From: an uncultured Gemmatimonadaceae bacterium
Lineage (GTDB): Bacteria; Gemmatimonadota; Gemmatimonadetes; Gemmatimonadales; Gemmatimonadaceae
NCBI GenBank assembly: GCA_963740355.1
Contig: CAVUDW010000003.1
Coordinates: 2,304,001-2,368,000, forward strand
Reading direction: 5' to 3'
DNA: 64,000 bases
A program made the translations under genes and the position numbers. This document shows positions 37,154 through 44,900 of this stretch, piece by piece (within the stretch, counting starts at the first letter, position 1; each line of letters opens with the position of its first letter). The notes beneath the pieces are model-generated. The model worked only from the letters and a program-made list of their open reading frames with translations, had not been told where the DNA came from and made no database searches.

Positions 37154-37630
37154 TCAGCTCCGCCAAATCGTCTTGCGTCGCTTGAATAGGAGGACCACTC
37201 TTTGAGGGCGAACATTTGGTTGAATTCCTGTGACGTAATCGGAATTGCCGAAATTTGGATATGCCGTCTCAGTCTCAAGGTACGATGTTGCCAACTCCCA
37301 ACCGTCCGATCCCAGCTTTGAAATTACCTGTGAATCTGGAGATACGGACGCTGGCCTGAGGGCAGCAGACCCCGTACGATCATGCCCTTCTGCGAGCACC
37401 GAAACAACTTTGTATTCCCAATGCGTTGCCGGGGCGAGCACGGTGGTACCGCCGCCAAGCAGCAGGCCGAGGAGCACTAAAGCGATCAGAACGTGCCCCT
37501 GAAGGCGAGAGATGGCAGCGGAGGCGTGTGTGACTGATGAAGAGGCTCGAGGCGCCGTGGATGCAGTCCCCGCTTCGGATGGGGGTACGCTGCCTGACGA
37601 GGGGCAGAATACACCGACGAGTTTTCCATT
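37154..37630 (-). CDS. Cassette: membrane-anchored DUF4177-like protein (start undetermined)
   Basis: TM helix, then WEYKVV...LGSDGWEL...LLFKR. Confidence 0.6.
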   Translation of the reverse strand, partial: NGKLVGVFCPSSGSVPPSEAGTASTAPRASSSVTHASAAISRLQGHVLIALVLLGLLLGGGTTVLAPATHWEYKVVSVLAEGHDRTGSAALRPASVSPDSQVISKLGSDGWELATSYLETETAYPNFGNSDYVTGIQPNVRPQRVVLLFKRRKTIWRS

Positions 37631-37686
37631 TAGTTCACGTGATCCTATTTGTACGTGCCAGAGCTGTGCACGCCGACTGGGGTGCG

Positions 37687-37783
37687 GCCTAACGAGACAG
37701 GGTTCTGCTGCGCGGCGACCGCACAAACGGCCCTCCTGATCACAATACGCAGGTCGCCGCGTCAGCAGCAACCCGGGTTAGGC
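37687..37783 (-). repeat. attC (most proximal)
   Basis: gcctaacgagacagggttctgctgc...gcagcaacccgggttaggc. Confidence 0.92.
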
Positions 37784-38555
37784 ACTGCGCCCGGACGATC
37801 CTGTACGGACGAGTCGTGCCATCGCCGACGGCATACAGATCGGGCCGGCTGCGCCATTCGTGAGCTATTCCGCGCATCAGCAATGCATTGTCGAGCTCGA
37901 CTGATCCTCGCGGAAAGCGCGTGACATCGGAAAAATAGCGCGAGTAGTGCTCCTGAACGTCGAGTGCCGTCACTGCCCAGTCCAGCGAGTGAAGCTCCAT
38001 CCCGTGGAAGTGATCCGGGTGGTGCGTCGCCGAGTATCCAGTCGCGCCGAGGGAGAAGAAGCCCGCTGCGGCGGTGAGGTTGGAAAAGACACTCGAGGCG
38101 GGGAGCTGATGCGCCACACTTCCGCGAAACGTTACTTCAGGTTCGCCATCGGCGCGCACAATGCGAAGGCCCACGGCATCCAGACTGTCGGTGGACTCGA
38201 AGCGTGCACCCGAGAAGATCCCTGGGAACACACGACCGCCAAGTAGGCGATTAAAGGCAGAGTTGGTGTTTCGCTGCGGGATATAGACGCCCTCGTGGGA
38301 CACGCCGTCGGCGATCCACTCCACCGCTATCCGGTGTGCCGCGTTCTCGGAGCCGAGCCCGAGCCACGCAGGAACGTGACGGGGACGGAGCGCGGCGAAC
38401 CGGATCATGCAGACACCGGCGATACCGGCACCACCGTACAGCTTCGGCCGGAATGGCTTCGGCAAAACGCGCTGCAGAACGTCCGGCGCCACCCGGTAAT
38501 TCAGGAGGATACGCCGGTCGATCGTACCGTGGATCGTATCGAGGAACAGCGACAT
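37740..38555 (-). CDS. Cassette: DUF2071 (YqjF-like) protein
   Basis: IDRRILLNYRV, GVCMIRF and SENAAHRIAVEW; ATG at 38555 is preceded in frame by VRILLDECR. Confidence 0.8.
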   Translation of the reverse strand: MSLFLDTIHGTIDRRILLNYRVAPDVLQRVLPKPFRPKLYGGAGIAGVCMIRFAALRPRHVPAWLGLGSENAAHRIAVEWIADGVSHEGVYIPQRNTNSAFNRLLGGRVFPGIFSGARFESTDSLDAVGLRIVRADGEPEVTFRGSVAHQLPASSVFSNLTAAAGFFSLGATGYSATHHPDHFHGMELHSLDWAVTALDVQEHYSRYFSDVTRFPRGSVELDNALLMRGIAHEWRSRPDLYAVGDGTTRPYRIVRAQCLTRVAADAATCVL

Positions 38556-38582
38556 CCGGCATTCGTCGAGCAGAATACGCAC

Positions 38583-38807
38583 TCAGCCCTGGGCAGCTTG
38601 GGCGACGAGGAGCGCCGTCCCGGCATCGAGCGTGGCCACGGCCTGCTCGCGCGTCACCGACGGGAAGTCCGCGAGAAACGCGTCCAACGTCTCGCCGCTC
38701 TCGAGATAGTCGAGGAGCGTCTGCGCCGGAACGCGTGTGCCGGCGAACACGGCGGTGCCGCCCATCACATCCGGGCTGCGTTCAATTGGGAGGTGCGTGA
38801 CACTCAT
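38583..38807 (-). CDS. Cassette: DUF433 antitoxin (VapB45-like)
   Basis: PDVMGGTAVFAGTRVP...LLDYLE.G...FLADFPSVTREQA; GGAGG RBS. Confidence 0.9.
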   Translation of the reverse strand: MSVTHLPIERSPDVMGGTAVFAGTRVPAQTLLDYLESGETLDAFLADFPSVTREQAVATLDAGTALLVAQAAQG

Positions 38808-38859
38808 CGGATCCTCCATCGGCGTCTGGTTGAGAAACCTACACCGGAGCCTGTCGGGT

Positions 38860-38892
38860 GTCTAACGAGAATTATACGGAACTGCGACTAAC
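38860..38892 (-). other. Candidate attI site
   Basis: Core GTTAGAC (38866-38860) has no attC body upstream; L-like GTATAAT 4 nt upstream; second GTTAGTC at 38892-38886. Confidence 0.75.
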
Positions 38893-39143
38893 TGAAACGT
38901 GCACCCAGGAACCGGTTCTCCACCACCCCCCGCACGCGCGAGAACGAAGCGGGCCGTGGCTCCGGTCGACCAGCTAAGTCGCTGCGGTTCCAGCATTTGA
39001 CGCACGCGGGTGGGCGTGCCTCCGAGGTTGGTTCTGCCGCGGAGAATGCGCGAGAAGCCGGTCTGTGGCACTATGTCGCGCATTCTGTACCGATGACGCG
39101 CTGCCTCGACAGAATTCTGCCGTTGCTCCGGGCGCTCGCACGA

Positions 39144-40193
39144 TCAGAGATGGGGCCGCGGTGCCCGGCCGGGAGGCGCCGGCGCGCCTGCGATTACGGG
39201 AGCGCCGGGAGTCGCCAGCGGCGCGGCCATGTCGACATCCAACGGGCTGCGCACACCCAGGCCGCCTCGGTTCAGGACATGCGTGTACAACATCGTCGTC
39301 GACACGTCGCGATGGCCAAGCAGTTCCTGCACGGTACGAATGTCGTAGCCCGACTCGAGCAGGTGCGTGGCGAAGGAATGCCTGAGCGTGTGACAACCGA
39401 CACGCTGGGCGATGCCAGCCGACCGCGCGGCGTCCGACACGGATTTTTGGAGGAACGTGTGGTGCACATGATGCGTCCGGAGTTGCGCCGTCGGCCCGTG
39501 CCAGTACTCCTGTCGCGACGGAAACAGCCAGCACCACTGCCACGCGCGCATGGCGCGGGACGATTTCCGATCGTACGCCCCCGGGAGCTCGAGATAGCCA
39601 CCACCCCGCGCCGCACGCATCCGAATCAGCCGGCGCGACGCCTCGACCTGCGCCGCCACGCGGTCACGCACCGAGGCAGGCAGCATCGTCACACGGTCGC
39701 GCCCACCTTTCGCGTTCCGGACCAGGATTTCACCGCGATTGAGATCGACATCCTTCAACCGCAGCGAACAACACTCCGCCAACCGCAAACCCGAGCCGTA
39801 GAGCAACATGGCCATCAACTGGGCGGTGCCATGCATCGCGCGCAACACGCGGTCGACATCCGCCCGCGATAGCACATTGGGCAGCCGCTGCGGCTTCTTC
39901 GCCGCAACGACACCGTTGGCCGAGGGCAACGGCAGCTCCAGCACATCGCGATAGAGGAACTGCAGCGCCGCCAAGGCCTGATTCTGCGTGGAGGCCGCCA
40001 CCTTTCGGTCACGGGCCAGATGCGTCAGGAATGCACGCACATGCTCTGGCCCCAACTGCCGAGGGTGACGGCGCTCATGGTACGCCACATAGGCGCGCAC
40101 CCAGCGGGTGTAGGCCTGCACCGTGCGCGGACTGTAGCGCCGCACCAGCGCACGATCCCGCAGCACCTGAAAGAGAGTCGGTGACCCTGACAT
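39144..40193 (-). CDS. intI: Integron integrase
   Basis: LLYGSGLR, KGGRDR, integron-specific insertion (LPGAYDRK...WQWCWLFPS...HH), HTLRHSFATHLLESGYDIRTVQELLGH, TTMLYTHV; catalytic R-K-H-R-H-Y all present. Confidence 0.97.
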   Translation of the reverse strand: MSGSPTLFQVLRDRALVRRYSPRTVQAYTRWVRAYVAYHERRHPRQLGPEHVRAFLTHLARDRKVAASTQNQALAALQFLYRDVLELPLPSANGVVAAKKPQRLPNVLSRADVDRVLRAMHGTAQLMAMLLYGSGLRLAECCSLRLKDVDLNRGEILVRNAKGGRDRVTMLPASVRDRVAAQVEASRRLIRMRAARGGGYLELPGAYDRKSSRAMRAWQWCWLFPSRQEYWHGPTAQLRTHHVHHTFLQKSVSDAARSAGIAQRVGCHTLRHSFATHLLESGYDIRTVQELLGHRDVSTTMLYTHVLNRGGLGVRSPLDVDMAAPLATPGAPVIAGAPAPPGRAPRPHL

Positions 40194-40223
40194 GCGACCA
40201 CGTTGACCCGACGCCCTGAAAAA

Positions 40224-40239
40224 CCGATCACCAGTTCGG
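40224..40239. promoter_or_regulatory. Candidate operator upstream of intI (SOS/Cheo-box-like)
   Basis: CCGATC-ACCA-GTTCGG, one mismatch from CGAAC-N4-GTTCG, about 30 bp before the ATG. Confidence 0.3.
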
Positions 40240-40302
40240 CGCAACGCACAGCATTCCGATGCACGCCCTCACGTGACAGAGCTGGCTCCCCGCCCAGCCG
40301 CC

Positions 40303-41280
40303 TCAGCTACAACAGTCCGGCCCGCAGCAGCTCGGCTCCGCCGAACCCAGCCCGGCAGAGGCGGTCACGCCCAGCGGCTTCAAGACCCGCTTCGGCGACG
40401 AACCAGGCTTGGTGGCCCGGATGAACGCCCCCATGAACCGGCCGTCCACCGCCTGCGAGAACTGCTCGACATCCAGCCCTGTCCCGGCCAGGAATGCCGC
40501 GGCGTCCTCAGCCTTGTAGATCCGCGTGGGCTCGATGCTCGGGTTCTCGAAGCCGACTTCGCGCAGCAGGTCCAGAAACTCCTGCTCCTCGAGCGCGCCT
40601 GCCACGCAGCCGACCCAGAGCTCCATGCTCCGACGCATATCGGCGGGCACCCCCCCACGCACCACGACGTCGCTCACCGCGAACCGACCACCCGGCTTCA
40701 GCACGCGGAACGACTCGGCCAGCACTGCCCGCTTGTCGCCGGAGAGATTCACCACGCAGTTCGAGATGATCACGTCCACCGTATTCGACGGCAGCGGAAT
40801 CTGCTCGATGTGACCACGCAGGAATTCGACGTTGGTCGCCCCGGCGCGCTCCTTGTTCGCATTCGCCAGCGCCAGCATCTCGTCCGTCATGTCGAGTCCG
40901 TATGCCTTGCCCGTCGGGCCGACTCGTTTCGCCGACAGCAGCACGTCGATCCCACCGCCGCTGCCGAGGTCGAGCACGACCTCCCCCGCCGTCAGGTCGG
41001 CCAGTGCCGTCGGGTTGCCACAACCGAGCGACGCCAGCAACGCCTCGGCCGGCACACCGGCGGCCTGTCCTTCGTCGTACAAGTTCGCCGTGATCGGATC
41101 CCAACTCTCCGTGCTCGAGCCGCAACAGCCGCTCGAACCGTCCGCCGGCCCGCAACACGACGCGCCCGCACTCGCGGATGCATCGGTCACGCGCTGCGCC
41201 ACCGCGCCATACCGCTCTCGCACCGTCGTGCGCAACGCGCCGAGGTCTGTCTTCGTCTGGCCCTGCGTGTCATCGGACAT
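40303..41280 (-). CDS. arsM: Arsenite S-adenosylmethionine methyltransferase
   Basis: [34 protein letters not shown] and terminal CC pairs. Confidence 0.93.
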   Translation of the reverse strand: MSDDTQGQTKTDLGALRTTVRERYGAVAQRVTDASASAGASCCGPADGSSGCCGSSTESWDPITANLYDEGQAAGVPAEALLASLGCGNPTALADLTAGEVVLDLGSGGGIDVLLSAKRVGPTGKAYGLDMTDEMLALANANKERAGATNVEFLRGHIEQIPLPSNTVDVIISNCVVNLSGDKRAVLAESFRVLKPGGRFAVSDVVVRGGVPADMRRSMELWVGCVAGALEEQEFLDLLREVGFENPSIEPTRIYKAEDAAAFLAGTGLDVEQFSQAVDGRFMGAFIRATKPGSSPKRVLKPLGVTASAGLGSAEPSCCGPDCCS

Positions 41281-41307
41281 GGGACACTCCGTGTAAGGTG
41301 TTCTTGA

Positions 41308-41323
41308 ATCAGAAAATCTTGAT
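41308..41323. promoter_or_regulatory. ArsR-type operator upstream of arsM
   Basis: ATCAAGATTTTCTGAT (minus strand) resembles ATCAA-N6-TTGAT; a related site lies at 41750-41765. Confidence 0.6.
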
Positions 41324-41413
41324 GAATCAGCCAAAAAAAACACGCGATCCGCCGCCAAACAAAAGACTCTCGCATCCTGTCATAGTGCCGATCGTGTCAG
41401 TACTGAATGCGCG

Positions 41414-41737
41414 CTATCCGCAGCAGTTTGAAGAACTTGCGCGTTTGGCTCGTGGACGCAGGCTGGCCAGCATAGCTTCCGCTTCCACGATCGCATCACG
41501 TTCCAGCGTATAGTACGACCAGCGCCCCTCGCGCCGATCCGTCACCAGACCAGCGTCCTTCAGGACCTTGAGATGGTACGACAGGCGCGACTGCGCCGCA
41601 CCAACCACGTCCATGAGGTCGCACACGCACTGCTCACCACCCATCAGCACCGAAACGATCTCGACCCGCGCCTCGTCTGAGAGCGCGTGAAAGAGCTCGG
41701 CCGCGCGAGCAAAATCAGTGGCAGTTCCGGTGGGCAT
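41414..41737 (-). CDS. arsR: ArsR/SmtB family metalloregulator
   Basis: FHALSD, EQCVCDL, QSRLSYHLKVLKDAGLV and REGRWSYY. Confidence 0.92.
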   Translation of the reverse strand: MPTGTATDFARAAELFHALSDEARVEIVSVLMGGEQCVCDLMDVVGAAQSRLSYHLKVLKDAGLVTDRREGRWSYYTLERDAIVEAEAMLASLRPRAKRASSSNCCG

Positions 41738-41744
41738 GAAGATA

Positions 41745-41772
41745 ATCGTACCAGTATTTTTTGATATGTCAA
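41745..41772 (-). promoter_or_regulatory. arsR promoter with overlapping operator
   Basis: TTGACA-N16-TACGAT, 7 nt before the ATG (possibly leaderless); ATCAAAAAATACTGGT in the spacer. Confidence 0.55.
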
Positions 41773-42800
41773 TCCCCACGCCGTCCACACACTCGCACGC
41801 CGGTCACGACCACAGTGGGCACGATCACAGTGGTCATGATCATGCAGGCCATAGCCACGCAGGCCACAGCCACGCAGGCCACAGCCACGCGGGCCACGGG
41901 CACGCCGGTCACTCGCATGCGCCGGCCTCCTTCGGTCGCGCCTTTGCCATCGGCACCGCGCTCAACGTGGGCTTCGTCCTCGTCGAGACGTTCTTCGGAC
42001 TGCGCTCGAACTCCGTCTCGCTGCTGGCGGACGCCGGACACAATGTCAGTGATGTCGCCGGACTGCTGATTGCATGGGGCGCGAGTGTCCTCGCCACCAG
42101 CGGACCCACGGCGCGCCGTACCTACGGACTCCGCAGCACCTCAATCCTCGCCGCCCTCGTCAACGCCACGGTCCTGCTGCTCGCGATCGGCGCCATCGCC
42201 TGGGAAGCACTGACAAGGGTGCGCACGCCGGAAGTGGTGGACGCGACCACGATCTCGTGGGTCGCAGGCATCGGCATCCTCATCAACGGCGCCACCGCCT
42301 TGATGTTCATGTCTGGGCGCAAGAATGACCTCAACATCCGCGGTGCGTATCTGCACATGCTCGCCGATGCCGGTGTCTCGGCCGGCGTGCTGATTGGCGG
42401 CCTCGCCATCGCCGCCACCGGATGGCTCTGGCTCGATACGGCGATCAGCATCACCATCGCCGCCTTCATCGCCTTCAGCACCTGGGGCCTGCTGCGCGAA
42501 TCTGTCAACCTCGCGCTCAACGCGGTGCCTGCCCATCTCGACCCGGCCGAAGTCGAAGTCTACCTGCGCACGCTACCGGGGGTGACGGGTGTGCACGACC
42601 TGCACATCTGGGGCATGAGCACCACCGACGTCGCGCTCACCGCGCACATCATCCGACCCGAAGTCTGTGACGACGATCAACTCCTGATCGACGCCGCCCA
42701 CACACTGCAGACGCGGTTCGGCATCTCGCACCCCACCCTGCAGATCGAACGCGGGCACGGCCCCCACGACTGCCTGCTCGCCCCGGCCGACGTCATCTGA
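41766..42800 (+). CDS. Cation diffusion facilitator (CzcD/ZitB-like)
   Basis: LLADAGHNVSD, AYLHMLAD and VHDLHIW; His-rich N-terminus. Confidence 0.93.
   Translation: MSIPTPSTHSHAGHDHSGHDHSGHDHAGHSHAGHSHAGHSHAGHGHAGHSHAPASFGRAFAIGTALNVGFVLVETFFGLRSNSVSLLADAGHNVSDVAGLLIAWGASVLATSGPTARRTYGLRSTSILAALVNATVLLLAIGAIAWEALTRVRTPEVVDATTISWVAGIGILINGATALMFMSGRKNDLNIRGAYLHMLADAGVSAGVLIGGLAIAATGWLWLDTAISITIAAFIAFSTWGLLRESVNLALNAVPAHLDPAEVEVYLRTLPGVTGVHDLHIWGMSTTDVALTAHIIRPEVCDDDQLLIDAAHTLQTRFGISHPTLQIERGHGPHDCLLAPADVI
41790..41924 (+). repeat. Nine 15-bp coding tandem repeats (HxHxG)
   Basis: HSHAG HDHSG HDHSG HDHAG HSHAG HSHAG HSHAG HGHAG HSHAP. Confidence 0.9.
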
Positions 42801-42821
42801 CGCCGGCCCAGCGGACCGAAG

Positions 42822-43682
42822 TCAAACGTTGCAGAGGTTGTACGCTTCCTTCAGCGAAACCATCGGTGCCCGCACCGGAATGAATTCCTGGGCCACATAG
42901 CCAGTGAAGCCCAACTCCGCGATCGCCTTCATGATCGTCGGGTAGTTCAGCTCCTGCGCATCGTCGATCTCGTGACGACCGGGCACACCACCGGTGTGAT
43001 AGTGACCGATGTACGCGAAGTTTTCGCGGATGGTGCGAATCACATCCCCTTCCATGATCTGCATGTGGTACACGTCGTAGAGCAGCTTGAAGCGCGGTGA
43101 CCCTACGCGCTTCACCAGCTCGGCGCCCCAGGCCGTGTGATCACACATGTAATCCTTGTGATCGACCTTGGAGTTCAGCAGTTCCATGATCACCGTCACA
43201 CCGTGCTTTTCGGCGGCGGGCATGATGCGCTTCAAGCCGACGGCACAATTCGCGAGGCCTTCCGCATCCGACATCCCGGCGCGATTGCCGGAGAAGACGA
43301 TCATCTGCGGAATGCCAGCCGCCGCCACCAACGGCAGCAGCCGCTCCGACTCCGCCACCAATCGATCATGCTGGTCGAGGCGGTTGAAGCCGATCGGGAT
43401 CGTACTCGGCCCGTTCGCCACGGCGCACTTGATCCCGTGCGGTTTCAGCGCATCCCACTCATTCTCGCTCAGCAGGTCGATCGCCTTGAAGCCCATCGCG
43501 GCGACGTCGCGAGCCAGAGTGTCGAGCGGGATCGACTGATAACACCAGCGACAGACGCTCTGGTTGATCCGCCCCGCAGCAGCCACCGGCGCGATCGACT
43601 CAGCCATCATCGGGGTCACCCCTCCCAGAACCTGCGCCGCTGACGCCGCACCCAGCACGGCCAGCATTTCTCGTCGCTCCAT
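42822..43682 (-). CDS. Hydroxypyruvate isomerase family TIM-barrel protein with Tat-like leader
   Basis: INQSVCRWCY, LLYDVYHMQIMEGD and HYHTGGVPGRHE. Confidence 0.9.
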   Translation of the reverse strand: MERREMLAVLGAASAAQVLGGVTPMMAESIAPVAAAGRINQSVCRWCYQSIPLDTLARDVAAMGFKAIDLLSENEWDALKPHGIKCAVANGPSTIPIGFNRLDQHDRLVAESERLLPLVAAAGIPQMIVFSGNRAGMSDAEGLANCAVGLKRIMPAAEKHGVTVIMELLNSKVDHKDYMCDHTAWGAELVKRVGSPRFKLLYDVYHMQIMEGDVIRTIRENFAYIGHYHTGGVPGRHEIDDAQELNYPTIMKAIAELGFTGYVAQEFIPVRAPMVSLKEAYNLCNV

Positions 43683-43767
43683 CACCCCTCCACGAATGAC
43701 CGGTCTGCCACCTTCCCGTACGCTACGCACCTGCACATCTGGCGGCCAGCACCCAGGCGCGTGCCGA

Positions 43768-44826
43768 TCAGCGTTCCCACCACGGGCCCGTCAGCAGCAC
43801 CTCGCAGAGCTCTGACGGTTGGGTGTGATCATCCACATCCACCACCACCAGCGCCCGCATCGGGTCGCCCGGATGCAACACCAGCCCCTCCACCTTCCCC
43901 ACGAACAGCGCATCGTGCTCGTCCCGGATGGCGGTCCAGCGCGCTGGCTTGCTGCGGTCATTCGGGATCACCCCCAGCGCAGAACCGCCTACCTCGCCAT
44001 CACGTGTCGCATCGGGGGATGCCTCTGCGGCCGCCGAGTACATCACCGTCGTACGCTGCACCGGAATCGCATCCGTGAAGCCAAGGGCCACTCCATCGAT
44101 CTCACCCAGTTCGTACTGCGTGACACGTGTCAGTGTTGGCAACGGCTGCCTGTCCGGCTGCTCGATATGGGCGCGCAGTACGTGCCAGTCGAGATCACAG
44201 GTCGCGTCCACAGGATGCAGGTCATCCTTTGCCTCGCCGTTGCCGCGTCCGAAGAGTCGAATCCTTCCATCGAGATAGAGCGCGCCTTCGATGTTCATGT
44301 CGCTGCCGGCGAACAGCGTCTCGTTGCGCAACGCGGCATAGAGCGCGGGTAGGGCGACGAGTGCCGGCTCCGTCGGCACCGGACGCATCGAGCGACCGGG
44401 AAAGTGCACCGTCATCACGTTCTCGCGCCGCTTCTTGGAGCCTGATCCGAACGCCACCAGCAACGTGCCGCCGGTCACCGGCACACGCGCCATCGCCTCG
44501 AGATCGAGCTTGAACTTCTTGTTTCCGCGCCCATCGTCGAACTGCCGCAGGTCGTCCTTCCCTGCCGGCAGCGTAATGGCTTCCGCCAATCCTGACATCG
44601 GGTCGACCAACGCCACGAAATTCACGTCGTCCTGCACCAGCGCCAGCCGATTGCCGATCCACGCCATTGACGACGCCGCGCGCACATAGGCGGGCCGGTC
44701 GATGCTGTCGTCCGCACCAGCCGCATAGTGCATCGGCACCCTCCGCACGATCCGCGCTCCCAGGGCCCGGTCAACCGTGCTGCGAATGCGCTGGGACGTG
44801 GATCTGTCTGCGATGCGGTTGGCCAT
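43768..44826 (-). CDS. Conserved hypothetical protein
   Basis: RAAS, KLDLEA, FGSGS, NIEGA and KVEGL motifs suggest a beta-propeller. Confidence 0.75.
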   Translation of the reverse strand: MANRIADRSTSQRIRSTVDRALGARIVRRVPMHYAAGADDSIDRPAYVRAASSMAWIGNRLALVQDDVNFVALVDPMSGLAEAITLPAGKDDLRQFDDGRGNKKFKLDLEAMARVPVTGGTLLVAFGSGSKKRRENVMTVHFPGRSMRPVPTEPALVALPALYAALRNETLFAGSDMNIEGALYLDGRIRLFGRGNGEAKDDLHPVDATCDLDWHVLRAHIEQPDRQPLPTLTRVTQYELGEIDGVALGFTDAIPVQRTTVMYSAAAEASPDATRDGEVGGSALGVIPNDRSKPARWTAIRDEHDALFVGKVEGLVLHPGDPMRALVVVDVDDHTQPSELCEVLLTGPWWER

Positions 44827-44900
44827 GGACTCGTGTCGTAACTTCAGCAGGAGGGTGCGGTACAAGATACCTCACCGCAATACACCCATCGTCTCCACGA

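Larger units (their letters stand above)
23940..40193 (-). mobile_element. Chromosomal integron: intI, attI and cassette array with 17 attC sites
   Basis: Integron-type tyrosine recombinase; about 96-bp imperfect palindromes bounded by RYYTAAC and GTTRRRY separate small co-oriented ORFs. Confidence 0.95.

Noticed and set aside
27015..37771. Shared N-terminal peptide (MLLT.RP...AVA.QQNPVSLG) on several ORFs, read as a conserved leader domain
   Set aside because: It is only translated attC sequence. It is in frame with about a third of the cassette genes, as expected by chance.
23940..37783. Repeated ~96-bp units read as a CRISPR array
   Set aside because: The units are too long, are separated by gene-sized ORFs, carry attC cores, and there are no cas genes.
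37777..38866. Using the R'/R'' mismatch to claim the first cassette is a fusion of two cassettes
   Set aside because: GTTAGACAC and GTTAGGCAC differ by one base, as in other intact cassettes, so the ends do not prove a fusion.
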